The notes: generated from the letters alone by a model not told the origin. DNA of 64,000 nucleotides from a virus (IMGVR_UViG_2875882051_000001:1-64000); one strand, 5' to 3'. Counted from the stretch's first letter, positions 47,940-58,408 are shown. Numbers and translations are program-made.

Positions 47940-48485
47940 TTATTTTTTTAAGCTTTGATTTAATCCAAAACTCTCCAGTGCATCTTTTATTCCATCTATT
48001 TTCATGTCATCAAACTTACACTTAGCTAGATCATCACCTTTAGCAAGTGCTGTAGCGTAATTCATGTCCACTGCATTACCACTCTTATCTTTCCCTGGTC
48101 CTTTAGCTTCAAAGAAAAATTCATTGCCTTGAACTAATGATGCGTCTGATAAAACCTGACTAATCTGTTCTATTTCTTCTAATATATTCTTTTCATAATA
48201 ACTATCACTTGCAACTTCTCTTACTTTAAAATCTATTGTATAATAATTATCTCCACTTTTCGATATATTAATTATTTTTACTTTTTTGTCACTCAACTTG
48301 GATTCTATATAATCCTTAGTTATTCTTGCATCTACTTCTTTTTTGGGTTCTTCAGTTTTAGCAGTTTCTTGTTTAATACTTTCCTTTGTTTCTGATTTAG
48401 TAGCTTTATTACTATTGCTACACCCAATCAAACTACTTAACGCAAAGAAAGAAACTAATAAAATAGCTATTGTACTCTTTTTCAT
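47940..48485 (-). CDS. Lipoprotein
   Basis: Lipobox LIGC after signal peptide. Confidence 0.8.
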   Translation of the reverse strand: MKKSTIAILLVSFFALSSLIGCSNSNKATKSETKESIKQETAKTEEPKKEVDARITKDYIESKLSDKKVKIINISKSGDNYYTIDFKVREVASDSYYEKNILEEIEQISQVLSDASLVQGNEFFFEAKGPGKDKSGNAVDMNYATALAKGDDLAKCKFDDMKIDGIKDALESFGLNQSLKK

Positions 48486-48521
48486 TAATATTCCCCCTAT
48501 TTTGTAATTTATATTTTTATA

Positions 48522-48740
48522 TTAATAGAAAATATCTTCTATATTATTATTTTGATCTAAATTTATCTGATTCTTAGTTTTGCAGTTTGTACATTCGATT
48601 AATTCTTCTTTCAATATATATATCTTAGTTTTATTTATAAATCCACATTTTGCACAATTCCACTCTTTTAATTCATTATCTGGTGTCTCATTTAATTCCG
48701 CTTGCTTTTTCAAGAAATATTTATCTATATAATCACTCAC
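48522..48740 (-). CDS. Small Zn-finger protein
   Basis: WNCAKCG...IECTNCK. Confidence 0.5.
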   Translation of the reverse strand: MSDYIDKYFLKKQAELNETPDNELKEWNCAKCGFINKTKIYILKEELIECTNCKTKNQINLDQNNNIEDIFY

Positions 48741-48942
48741 TGTTTTTCTTCACTCCATTTCAAATAAATTATCTTTTAGGACTATCTTCGTCATCATACC
48801 TTACCCTAATAAAAGCATTTGATTAATAATCATTTTTACTTCATATATTACTATATTTTTCTATATATTTCTATATTTCTCTAAGAAAAAAGGGCAATAT
48901 AGAAAACTTAATCCCCATACTGCCCTTTATCTTAAACCTATT

Positions 48943-49225
48943 CTATTGTATCCATGCTCCTGATTCATCAACTTTATATCCATCTGGTGTTGTACAATTA
49001 GCATACATAGCACCATCTGATCTAAAAGAATAACATTCTCCATCTATCCACGCCCATCTATTGTAAACCATAGAACAATCAGAGGTTAAGTAATACCATT
49101 TATCTTTGTATTTAGTCCATAAATTGATAGTAAGCATTAGTAACATCTATCTCATTTAAAATATCTTCAGCACATCCATCTGCACCAGTTCTTTGATGTC
49201 CTCTTCTTATTGCATATTTACTCAT
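48943..49225 (-). pseudogene. Internally deleted amidase endolysin with choline-binding tail
   Basis: RBS + MSKYAIRRGHQRTGADGCAEDILNEID (Amidase_3-like start) joined out of frame to WYYL...TPDGYKVDESGAWIQ. Confidence 0.75.
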
Positions 49226-49323
49226 TTACGCTACATCCTTTCTTAAAAGGTAGACTAAGTATATCTACATAATCTACCTTTACAACAGAGTATATGCAAT
49301 TTAGCAATACTCAGTATATCATA

Positions 49324-50112
49324 TTACTTTATATCATAAAACCAGCTTCCTAAAGTCTCTTTTAATTCTAGACATTTGCTAATAGGTAAGTTTTGAGTTT
49401 CAATCCAAATTCCTTTTTCATCTGAATTAGCATAAATACGAATATATTTAAAATATTCTTGTACATACTCCATATCCACTCCTACAAAGCTTCCATCGCC
49501 TCTATATCCATTTGGAAGATAAGTAGTTATTACATATCCAGTTGTTTTATTTAATACTCCTTCATTAAACTCATTCACATCACAATCAGTATTTATACCA
49601 GGTACAGACCCTGTTTCACTATATTGATGCCCTACTCTATTAGTAAAGAAATTAGAATTTAATTTCCATGGATTATTATTATAGTTTGCTTCCCATAATG
49701 GATAATCAGCGATTCTGTTATCTAGGTTATCCATGAAACTAGTGTAAGTATAAATACCTATAGACATATTAGATATCTCTTTAAATTTAGTAATGAATCT
49801 TAAAACGTAATCCATTAGTCCATCAAAATTAGTCTCTATATCTAGCATCGGAATGAGGTCACTGGTTTTATCTTTTATGGCATTATAAAAACTATTGGCC
49901 TGAGTTTCTGGCTCAGTAGTTCCAACTAAGAAATGATAGAACCCTGTTTTTAATCCTGCGTAATGTGCGTTAGAATAATTTGTATCTAAATAGCTATCTT
50001 TAAACGTTGTTCCTTCTGTAGCTTTAATATAAACAGCTTCTACTCCTGCTGTTTTTACCTGGTTAAAATTTATATTCCCGTTATGATTACTTATATCTAT
50101 ACCTTTAAACAT
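49324..50112 (-). CDS. Endolysin, GH25 muramidase (prophage 2)
   Basis: About 89% identical by manual alignment to 596-1381. Confidence 0.92.
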   Translation of the reverse strand: MFKGIDISNHNGNINFNQVKTAGVEAVYIKATEGTTFKDSYLDTNYSNAHYAGLKTGFYHFLVGTTEPETQANSFYNAIKDKTSDLIPMLDIETNFDGLMDYVLRFITKFKEISNMSIGIYTYTSFMDNLDNRIADYPLWEANYNNNPWKLNSNFFTNRVGHQYSETGSVPGINTDCDVNEFNEGVLNKTTGYVITTYLPNGYRGDGSFVGVDMEYVQEYFKYIRIYANSDEKGIWIETQNLPISKCLELKETLGSWFYDIK

Positions 50113-50176
50113 TTAGTATCATCCTTTCTTACTTTAAATAAAAAAATAAGAGTACCCTATAAAGACTACTCTAAAA

Positions 50177-50614
50177 TCACGCTTGTACTGTTTGATACTC
50201 ATCTGCTGGCTTTACAACCAAAGCTTGAACTTTGCTTAATTGATCTGTTAATGCTGCTAATTCAGCTTTTAAATTCGTGTTATAATCTTGCAACTGTTTA
50301 AGTAAAGTAGAATTATCTACAACTGCAGCTTTCCCTTGATTTATTTCTCCTGCTATTGCTTGCCTGATTTCTGCCACGTCATCTTGGCTTAGTTCTGGAA
50401 ACCTAGCTAATAGTAATTTATCAAACTGATCCGCTTTAGATAGCACCTTTTCCTCTACAGTTTTACTTATTCTAAAGCTTTCATCTACGATATTCCAAAT
50501 AGCCTTACCTACAGTAATATAATTTTTATTCTTTAGGATTTGCTCTTCAACTCCACTTTTAACTAATTTACTTTCTAATACCTTAATTATTAACTTTAAT
50601 GCTGTTTTTATCAT
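50177..50614 (-). CDS. Lysis-cassette coiled-coil protein
   Basis: Paralogue of 1442-1906. Confidence 0.6.
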   Translation of the reverse strand: MIKTALKLIIKVLESKLVKSGVEEQILKNKNYITVGKAIWNIVDESFRISKTVEEKVLSKADQFDKLLLARFPELSQDDVAEIRQAIAGEINQGKAAVVDNSTLLKQLQDYNTNLKAELAALTDQLSKVQALVVKPADEYQTVQA

Positions 50615-50631
50615 TTTACATACCACCTTTT

Positions 50632-50880
50632 CTAAATTAATTTTTCAATGGAATAAATAAAGAATCCAAGTAACGTTGTTACCCAGATTCCTATAAACCA
50701 CTTCATTACACTTGTAAGAGCTTTTAAGTTATCGCATAAACTTCTTAATTCAGCTTTGAAGCTAGCATTATCCTGTTCTAGACTATCCAGCTTTTCACCG
50801 TGAGCATTAAGTCTCTTTTCATGTGTCTCTAACTTCTCTTCTAGTCTTTTGTGCTTTTCTAAGCATAATTCCTCATTCAT
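50632..50880 (-). CDS. Holin, XhlA-like
   Basis: Coiled coil + TM helix; similar to 1922-2158. Confidence 0.75.
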   Translation of the reverse strand: MNEELCLEKHKRLEEKLETHEKRLNAHGEKLDSLEQDNASFKAELRSLCDNLKALTSVMKWFIGIWVTTLLGFFIYSIEKLI

Positions 50881-51059
50881 GTGTCACCTTCCTTACTTCA
50901 GATTTTGTATAAATGATCAACAAAAAAGAACTCCTAAAGAGCTCTTACAGTTGCTTTGATTTTTTATTCATTTTGCTACGTCATTTTTCCCTATGCTTTT
51001 ACTTCATATTTTTTAGTAATATAGAACGATTCTAATTTCCTAAACTCTTAAAAATTTAA

Positions 51060-51908
51060 TTATTCTTTTATCCAAATTCCTAAATCATAGTTCATTCCAG
51101 TCTTTGCCTTTATATTAGCTAAAGCTATAGCTATCCCTACACTTGTAAGAGTTGAATTGCGCATTTTTGAATTCCCCCACATATCAGACATAAGTGATAA
51201 TTCCATGTTTCCATTAATTATACTCTTAGCTTCTTCAAGACTTTTTATCTGTGGAAATTTATTCTCTATAATTGAAGCATAATCAATACTTCCAATACTA
51301 ACATTCAGACATGATGCATATTCAAGATGTTGAAATATACTATTATTATTTTTATCAATTTGAATATTAGACCTTATAATTTTACTTAAATTACTATAAG
51401 CATCTATTGGATATTCCACTAAATAATTAAGATATCTATTGATAAATATTAATGTTAAAATAACTATCTGCCTATGTGTAATTTTAGGTATTATTTCTAA
51501 CGCCTCATTTAAAACCAATTCCTGAATAGAATTTCCTTGTACAATAGTTCTATTAACTAAAGTTTCAACTAATAATTTTTCGGTAAACTTTTCTCCTCGC
51601 CTAGCATAATTCTTTTGAGCTTCATAAATAACATATCTAATATCAGGGTCCTGTGTATTATTTATACATTCAGGATTTTTAGAACATAACTTTTCTAAAT
51701 AATCGTCAAGTATCTTTTCAGCACGCTCTTGAACTATCTTTTCAGCTTTTTCCCCTAAATCATAAAAATTACTTTTAAACACGCTCATAGCTATGTCTTT
51801 AACCTCAAAATATGATAATCCTGGATTATTCTGAATTACCTTAACTTTTTTCCCCTGAATGTTAGTAGAATTATCCCCACTATCTATTGTTTGACCATTA
51901 AACACCAT
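51060..51908 (-). CDS. LPO_1073/Vpar_1526-like protein, moron
   Basis: GLSYFEVKDIA..VFKSNF..L...A...ERAE...DPDIRY.IYEAQKNYARRG. Confidence 0.7.
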   Translation of the reverse strand: MVFNGQTIDSGDNSTNIQGKKVKVIQNNPGLSYFEVKDIAMSVFKSNFYDLGEKAEKIVQERAEKILDDYLEKLCSKNPECINNTQDPDIRYVIYEAQKNYARRGEKFTEKLLVETLVNRTIVQGNSIQELVLNEALEIIPKITHRQIVILTLIFINRYLNYLVEYPIDAYSNLSKIIRSNIQIDKNNNSIFQHLEYASCLNVSIGSIDYASIIENKFPQIKSLEEAKSIINGNMELSLMSDMWGNSKMRNSTLTSVGIAIALANIKAKTGMNYDLGIWIKE

Positions 51909-52095
51909 CTTTCCCTCCAATATTCACATTTACGTTTTTGCCACCTTGAATATTGGTAGAATTATTTCCCGAATTAATAGTTTGTACATTTTTACTATCT
52001 AATTTTTTCTTAAAAAATAATCCTCCAATTATTAATATTATAGTAACGCCTATGCCACTAAATATCCAATCAGCATTCTCAATGATCCATTTCAA
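51898..52095 (-). CDS. Small membrane protein coupled to the previous gene
   Basis: WIFSGIGVTIILIIGGLFF TM; shares QTIxSGxNSTNIQG motif. Confidence 0.7.
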   Translation of the reverse strand: MKWIIENADWIFSGIGVTIILIIGGLFFKKKLDSKNVQTINSGNNSTNIQGGKNVNVNIGGKDGV

Positions 52096-52186
52096 TTACA
52101 ACACCCCTTTTATGTAAATATTATACTTTACATTTTAAGAAATATTACGATATTTGTCAAAATTTATATATTAATATATAGCTTTT

Positions 52187-52368
52187 TATCTAATTATCAT
52201 ATGTTTATTATTTAATAATTTTTCTTCCCACAATTTAATACACATGTGATTAAATTTGGTTAGATTTTATGGCCATTGATTTTCCCTTATAGTCATAATT
52301 TCTCCTTCATTACAACAATCGCATATATACTTTACTCCAACTGGTTTTACAGTAAATTCTTTTTCCAT
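52187..52368 (-). pseudogene. Degenerate Zn-finger gene
   Basis: MEKEFTVKPVGVKYICDCCNEGE... stops after 33 codons; decayed second Cys/His half follows. Confidence 0.4.
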
Positions 52369-52477
52369 ATGTTTTTTCCTTTTTAATAATTTCAAGCAAT
52401 AAAAAAGACCTATTACAGTCGATATTATTGTTATATTTATTAAATTATTTTATATTTGCTATCTACATCCTATTTTC

Positions 52478-52651
52478 CTATGATGCAGTACTTTCTGTGG
52501 TTGTATCTTCCATAGCTCCCATATCTACAAGGACTAATTTTACCTGTTCTTGTAAATCCAAAAGATTAGGAACATCCTTATATTCGTAAGTGCCTCCTAC
52601 GATTAATGTAACCCATACTTTTACACATCCACTGTTTTTATTAAATTGCAT
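52478..52651 (-). CDS. Small tail-region protein (XkdX/CD1375-like)
   Basis: VWVTLIVGGTYEYKDVPNL..LQEQVK. Confidence 0.6.
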   Translation of the reverse strand: MQFNKNSGCVKVWVTLIVGGTYEYKDVPNLLDLQEQVKLVLVDMGAMEDTTTESTAS

Positions 52652-52685
52652 TCTAAACACTCTCCTTAAAATTAGATTTATTATG

Positions 52686-52964
52686 TTAAACATTGGTTTT
52701 TCCCATTGCTACTATACTTGTTAACTCTGCATTTGCTTGTGTTAAATCTTCTACTTTTTCTTTTAAAAGCTCTAATTCCGATTTAGGTATATCTTCATAT
52801 ACAGGCTCATGCGGTGTTTTAGTAGTATCTATTTTAGATACCATTTTCCCTTCTGGAATTTCGGTTTCTAAATACTGAATACCTCCCTGTGGAACTGAAT
52901 AAGTACCAGATATTTCCCTATAAATGTAACCAATATCATCATAAATTATTAATGTTTTATTCAT
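52686..52964 (-). CDS. Tail fibre assembly-type protein
   Basis: Follows tail fibre. Confidence 0.55.
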   Translation of the reverse strand: MNKTLIIYDDIGYIYREISGTYSVPQGGIQYLETEIPEGKMVSKIDTTKTPHEPVYEDIPKSELELLKEKVEDLTQANAELTSIVAMGKTNV

Positions 52965-52996
52965 TAATTATCAATCCTTTCTTCAACTAATCATTT

Positions 52997-54391
52997 CTAT
53001 GCCCATGCAAAGTAGTAAGTTGGCCCACTATATGCGGATGTAACTATAATTGTATTGGTGTTTTCAGTATGAGAATAACCACTTACTGCACTTCTATCAC
53101 TAAGATAATAAAAAGTCGTACTACTTGTTTGATTACTATTGCTTATCCAATAAGCTGCCTTTTGTGCTCCTGCACTAAATCCTATTATTATTACTGATGG
53201 AATAAATGGTAATGTAATAGTATCTGTAGTGTTTGCAGTATGATTTACTACTCCACTAGTATATTGTCTTCCACCTAAACTTTCTATTGTTGCATTGCCA
53301 GTAATTTTATTGCCATTCACATATGCAGTTTTACCATTTATGATGTCAGCTGCGACTGCGGTTGCATCTGACGTAAATGTGCCAAGTATCCCCCCCACAG
53401 TCGTACCAGCTTTTATAACTGAAGCTGCTAAATTTGTTATTATGGCCTTAATTTTTCCTAATCCATTATGAAATCCTGCTGGTATTATATATTCCTGATT
53501 ATTATTTGTTAAAGTAAATGAAACAGCTCCATTATTAGGCATTGTCCCAGTTAACCCTGTATCATTATCATTACTGAATTTTTTAGTTGCTAGTACATGA
53601 GAAACATCAGCGTCACCCTCTGCACTAGCTTTGATAAAAAAACAATCACCTATTGAGTTATACCAAACCGTATACGCCTTTCCTGATATTAGGTTGGGTG
53701 ATGTTGTTGTTCCTGGTTTATATAATTTTTTCCCATTTATAGTGGTTGCTGCTCCGCCATTGTTTGCACTTGCTATAAAAGTTATTGGATATCCATTTAC
53801 TAACGTTCCTTTGATTGCAAGTGTTATCGCTGTAGCAGATCCACCTGCTATCTGATACACCATATCTGACAATTGAGTATTAATATTATTAATGCTCACA
53901 CTTAATTGGTCTACCCTAGTACTCACTTCATCAACATCTTTTTTCTTAGCAAAAAGTATTGTTGGATCTATTTTAAGCGTAATGCTTGATGTATTAGATA
54001 CTGCTATTATCATTTTCATGTTTATTTCTTTTGTACTTCCATCTGCTGGCAAGGGCTTATATGTCTCCGCACATTTTGCTACAGCTAACATATTGTTATT
54101 TGCATCAAATATTCCATATTCACGAATAAAAAAACCACCTACATCTGGCGGAATCAGAACTTCTATATTAATCCAATTAGAATTATTTTCATCTACTGCT
54201 ACATGACCTATAGCCCCTTCCCATACTGTATGAACTAGATCTGTTTGACTTTCAGTTGGATTATAATAGCTTCCATTACCATCTCCAACCTTCATTTTGA
54301 CAAAATCAATTTTATTTCCTAAGCCAATAGCATTAGCTATTTGGGCTTTTCCTACATTAGTTAAAATAGAATAATAACTTTCTGCCATCAA
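52997..54391 (-). CDS. Tail fibre protein (P2 gpH-like N-terminus)
   Basis: YYSILTNVGKAQIANA...GGFFIREYGIFD...AVAKCAETYKP. Confidence 0.88.
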   Translation of the reverse strand: MMAESYYSILTNVGKAQIANAIGLGNKIDFVKMKVGDGNGSYYNPTESQTDLVHTVWEGAIGHVAVDENNSNWINIEVLIPPDVGGFFIREYGIFDANNNMLAVAKCAETYKPLPADGSTKEINMKMIIAVSNTSSITLKIDPTILFAKKKDVDEVSTRVDQLSVSINNINTQLSDMVYQIAGGSATAITLAIKGTLVNGYPITFIASANNGGAATTINGKKLYKPGTTTSPNLISGKAYTVWYNSIGDCFFIKASAEGDADVSHVLATKKFSNDNDTGLTGTMPNNGAVSFTLTNNNQEYIIPAGFHNGLGKIKAIITNLAASVIKAGTTVGGILGTFTSDATAVAADIINGKTAYVNGNKITGNATIESLGGRQYTSGVVNHTANTTDTITLPFIPSVIIIGFSAGAQKAAYWISNSNQTSSTTFYYLSDRSAVSGYSHTENTNTIIVTSAYSGPTYYFAWA

Positions 54392-55047
54392 ATCGCCTCC
54401 TTCGGATATGTTGTTATAGTTTCATTACCTGCACTCTGTGCTAAAGGAATTGTATAGTTTATCACTGAATTAATATCTTTTGGTGACCATGGATAAACTG
54501 CTATTTCCTCTGCATCTATTGCAATAGCGCCAATACTTAAAGTGCCTATTGTTGTTAGAAATATATTAAGTATTTCAAGCCAGGAACGCTTATTTTTATA
54601 TGCATTTATTAAAGTATCTAATTTTCTCAATTGTTCTGGTGACGCTCCCGTTTCCGTAACATCAACATCTAAGCTAAAATAAAATGGTTCAGAGTTATAC
54701 TCAAACCATTCTTTTAATTTTGTCCTTCCAAACACTGTTGTTGACGCATCTATTACAGCTTGTGGAGTCCCCTTTATTCTGTGTAATCTTATTGCACTTT
54801 TAACTAGTTGTCGCTTTTTCTCTAGTGTTAAAGTATAATCATAAAAATCAACATGAAATTGCCATGCTAGCGAATCAATAGTATCTTCGTCTAATTTATC
54901 AACTCTTCCATAAATATATGTTAATATAGTGGCTTCATCTAATATTTTTATATAAGGCTCAAGAGCCTTACATAGAGCTTTCACAAAGGAATCTTGTTGC
55001 ATATAGGAAGTTTGTAAACTCAACAAATCAATATTATTAAGTTCCAT
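54388..55047 (-). CDS. Tail protein I (P2 gpI-like)
   Basis: IDSLAWQFHVDFYD...KRQLVKSAIRLHRIKGT. Confidence 0.88.
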   Translation of the reverse strand: MELNNIDLLSLQTSYMQQDSFVKALCKALEPYIKILDEATILTYIYGRVDKLDEDTIDSLAWQFHVDFYDYTLTLEKKRQLVKSAIRLHRIKGTPQAVIDASTTVFGRTKLKEWFEYNSEPFYFSLDVDVTETGASPEQLRKLDTLINAYKNKRSWLEILNIFLTTIGTLSIGAIAIDAEEIAVYPWSPKDINSVINYTIPLAQSAGNETITTYPKEAI

Positions 55048-56198
55048 TACTCCATCCCTCCATATGTTACAGTTATGCTTCCAACCTTTGCAATTTCATT
55101 TTCTCCAATTGTCTTATGGATCGGTGATGTTAATTCAATCCTTCTTACTCCTGAGATTTTTCTATTATCAACTTCATATGCTGCAACATCTTGAATTTGA
55201 TATTTTAATTCATCTGGATTTACTGACTTACCAATTTCACTTTGCTGCCATTTAATAAATTCTCTTATAGCTCCATCAGCAAAATCTAAGTTCTCTCCTT
55301 CAATGGCTTTTCTCCATTTGCCCTCATTAGTTGGAAAATTTTTATCTAAATAATATGTCAATTCAATATTGTAACTACTAACTGTCGGTGAACCTGTTTC
55401 AACTTTATCTGTAAGTGGCCGCACATCTCTTGGTGAACATTTGTTATACACCTTATCTAAAATTTCCTGTGATGGAATTTCTCCACCATCTACTACAACA
55501 AATATTTTTACTACTCCTGGTGATGGTGATGTTATTTTAACACCTGATATAGAATTATCAGCTGAATATGCGAAATATTCATAAGCTCCATCTGGTCCTG
55601 CTGTGCTTTTACTTTCCATTGCTAACCTAGCTCTTTCTCTGTAAGATTTATCATCTTCAATATCTGATCCAGATTTAGATATTTCAGTATTAACTATTTC
55701 CGATACAAATGGTATAGGATCAACAATATAATTAATTTTACCTGGATCAAATCCATTGTATTTAGTTCCAGTTGATGCTGCTATAAGAACAAGATCACAT
55801 TCTAAGCTACCTTTAGGAATAACAGCATCCTCTCTAACTTTAAACATTACTATTCCATCTGGTGTTACTTTAGTTCCGGCTTTTATTGGTATATCCTGTT
55901 TTTGAATTGCAGATAGCTTTGCTTTTCCCTTGCAAAAAGAATATGTTGATTGCAATCTACTTGTACTATGATAATCCGTAGCAATTGCATCAAGCTTCTC
56001 ATCCCTTGCATTTTCTAATAAATTTTGGTTTGCAGTATCATTTATTTTATTTGCTATTCCAACAAATATTGGCATTAATGATTTTATAAAAAGTTTTCTT
56101 TCATCACCTTCATGCAATTCTTCATCCAATTCTGTTTGAACAGTATTTACTATGTCTGAAAAGATTGTTTCTGGATTAATTTCTACAAATTTAATCAA
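55047..56198 (-). CDS. Baseplate J-like protein
   Basis: EDDKSYRERAR...STAGPDGAYEY...RPLTDKV. Confidence 0.9.
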   Translation of the reverse strand: MIKFVEINPETIFSDIVNTVQTELDEELHEGDERKLFIKSLMPIFVGIANKINDTANQNLLENARDEKLDAIATDYHSTSRLQSTYSFCKGKAKLSAIQKQDIPIKAGTKVTPDGIVMFKVREDAVIPKGSLECDLVLIAASTGTKYNGFDPGKINYIVDPIPFVSEIVNTEISKSGSDIEDDKSYRERARLAMESKSTAGPDGAYEYFAYSADNSISGVKITSPSPGVVKIFVVVDGGEIPSQEILDKVYNKCSPRDVRPLTDKVETGSPTVSSYNIELTYYLDKNFPTNEGKWRKAIEGENLDFADGAIREFIKWQQSEIGKSVNPDELKYQIQDVAAYEVDNRKISGVRRIELTSPIHKTIGENEIAKVGSITVTYGGME

Positions 56199-56511
56199 TG
56201 GAGATCACCACCTTTATTACTGGAATTTTTATATTTTTGTTATCCTCACTTTCTTTATACTCAATTGTTACGCTTTTAACTGTTGCCCTTGTTTCATAAT
56301 CGTTTATTAAATCATAAGTCTCTTCAATAAGTACTGCTTTATTTTTTTCAAAATCACCATCCAAGTTTTTAGGATTTCTTCCCATTAATCTGTCGTATGG
56401 AACTTCATATTGCATTGTATTTAAAATATTATTTACATTTTGGAGTATTCTAGCATTTCCTTTAGCATTCCAGTCTATTAATCTTTGATCTGAACTTATT
56501 GTATAATCCAT
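56191..56511 (-). CDS. Baseplate wedge (gp25/W-like)
   Basis: ILQNVNNILNT..YEVPYDRLMG...YETR. Confidence 0.75.
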   Translation of the reverse strand: MDYTISSDQRLIDWNAKGNARILQNVNNILNTMQYEVPYDRLMGRNPKNLDGDFEKNKAVLIEETYDLINDYETRATVKSVTIEYKESEDNKNIKIPVIKVVISID

Positions 56512-56513
56512 AA

Positions 56514-57068
56514 TTACTCTTCTCCAAACACACTATCTTCTAAAGCTGTCACTCTTGCATTATCTTCATCTGACATAGAATCAGCAGATGAAGAACTTTT
56601 TTTCTTCTGGGATGTTTTCTTACTTGCAGCTTTTTTAGCTTCGCTTGACGTTCCTTCTTCTTTTTTTACACCAGCTCTTACATATTCTTTAAATGTCAAC
56701 TTTAATGTACTTTTAACTTGATCCCCTTTAATTGAGTAATTATTATCACTTAAACTAACACCAGTTAATAGATATTTATTATTTGAGACAGGATTATTAC
56801 CAATGAATAACATATAAGGAGTAGCAGCTTCACAAATACTTTTCCAATCATTAATTTCTGTTTCAACATTAATGCTACTAGATTGAATTAATTTAATATT
56901 GAAGCTTATTTGTTCAAGATTTGTGCCTTTTATATAAGTTGAAGGTTTATCCCCATCAACTTCTTGATCCTCTACATTAAGTGCAATTTCCCTTGAATAT
57001 TCATCAAATGTATATATCTTGTTTTGACTTACTTCAAAAGTCTTACTGCTAAAACTTCCTAAGGACAT
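56514..57068 (-). CDS. Tail protein (P2 gpU-like)
   Basis: LGSFSSKTFEVS...LTFKEY. Confidence 0.7.
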   Translation of the reverse strand: MSLGSFSSKTFEVSQNKIYTFDEYSREIALNVEDQEVDGDKPSTYIKGTNLEQISFNIKLIQSSSINVETEINDWKSICEAATPYMLFIGNNPVSNNKYLLTGVSLSDNNYSIKGDQVKSTLKLTFKEYVRAGVKKEEGTSSEAKKAASKKTSQKKKSSSSADSMSDEDNARVTALEDSVFGEE

Positions 57069-57072
57069 TTAA

Positions 57073-57273
57073 TCACCTCATTCTAGCCATAATTATTCCG
57101 CTATCTAAATTCTTATTATAAAAACATACTAATACTTCTTCTCCTACAATAAAATTTTCCATACTTACATGATCTGCTATCTGTAATTCATAAGAAACAC
57201 TATCATCTAACTCGGGGAACTTTACCCTTGCTGTATTTGTTCCTATAGTTGAGATAACTCCCTTCATATTCAT
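57073..57273 (-). CDS. Short baseplate spike (gpV-like OB fold)
   Basis: ARVKFPELDDSVSYELQ...VGEEVLVCF. Confidence 0.6.
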   Translation of the reverse strand: MNMKGVISTIGTNTARVKFPELDDSVSYELQIADHVSMENFIVGEEVLVCFYNKNLDSGIIMARMR

Positions 57274-57275
57274 TT

Positions 57276-58187
57276 CTATCCCTCCAGTATTTTTCTAACT
57301 GTCACCTTAGATTTACTCAAAATCGAATCATGCATAATATTTTCAATAATATACCTTCCATTAAAACTATCTAGATTTTCAATTCTAAGCACATTACCTG
57401 CTGCAATTGAAGTATTTTTATTTATTGTAAATACTCCTGAGATTTCACCTTTATTTAAATACATTAAAATATTCTTTGCAAATCTATTAGCTTCCCCTAT
57501 TGAACTAATCGGAATATCCGCTATTCTTATTATGTCTCCATTTAATTTATCAGAGATATAACTGCTTCTTATAAATGTTTTAGAGTTTGAAATTATCTCA
57601 CAACCACCATATATATGATTTGAAGTACATTTAAAATTATATTTTCCTACAAATGATGATGGTTCTAATGTTAAAACTTCATTTTGATTTTTCAGAAATT
57701 CTTCTGAAATAACTAATGCCTTCCCATTGCTTATTTTCAAATTATAGCCTTCAAGCATGCATCTATAATTTAAAAACTCAATATTATTCTTTTGAATTTG
57801 GTCAACTCTTAAATATTGAAAATTATTAACTCCGTAAGTTTCTAATTTCAACTCAAGATCCTCAAGAAGATCTTGAGCTAAATCTAAAAATTTTACGTTT
57901 TCCCAGGTGCGTGTTCTTTTTGTTTTGAAACTCTTTTTTATTGAAAGTGCTTCTACAGTATAAGAACCACTACTACAACAAAAGCCATCTACATACATAA
58001 CTCCAGTACTAAACGGCTCTTTTATAATCTCTATCGTATGCCCTTTTATAAAATCCCATTTTCTACATTCTTTTTTTATGTCCGCAAATGAAATAGTTAG
58101 GCTATCAGCCTTCCCTCCCATATTATCGTTAATTCTACAATCAGATACTTCAAGATTAACCTCGGAACCTTCATAAATTACTTTCAT
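57276..58187 (-). CDS. Baseplate hub (late control D-like)
   Basis: DNMGGKADSLTISF; synteny. Confidence 0.75.
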   Translation of the reverse strand: MKVIYEGSEVNLEVSDCRINDNMGGKADSLTISFADIKKECRKWDFIKGHTIEIIKEPFSTGVMYVDGFCCSSGSYTVEALSIKKSFKTKRTRTWENVKFLDLAQDLLEDLELKLETYGVNNFQYLRVDQIQKNNIEFLNYRCMLEGYNLKISNGKALVISEEFLKNQNEVLTLEPSSFVGKYNFKCTSNHIYGGCEIISNSKTFIRSSYISDKLNGDIIRIADIPISSIGEANRFAKNILMYLNKGEISGVFTINKNTSIAAGNVLRIENLDSFNGRYIIENIMHDSILSKSKVTVRKILEG

Positions 58188-58195
58188 AAAGCACC

Positions 58196-58408
58196 TCACT
58201 TTTTCCATGGTGGAAGTGTGGATGTATTTTTAATATTTATATCTGGAATTATAAGGCTTACTCCATAATCAAATATTATAGTATCAATGTACTTTGGATT
58301 AAGCTGAATAATAAAAATAGAATATTTTTCTTCTCCATAAAATTCAAGGGCAATACTATCAAATGTATCCCCCTGTTGAGTTAAATATTTATAACACTGT
58401 CTCTCCAA
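58196..58408 (-). CDS. Tail protein X (LysM-like)
   Basis: TQQGDTFDSIALEFYG...LPPWK. Confidence 0.85.
   Translation of the reverse strand: MERQCYKYLTQQGDTFDSIALEFYGEEKYSIFIIQLNPKYIDTIIFDYGVSLIIPDINIKNTSTLPPWKK

Noticed and set aside
52997-54391. Tail fibre switching by DGR or invertase
   Set aside because: No reverse transcriptase, no template/variable repeat pair and no inverted fibre cassette seen for either prophage.
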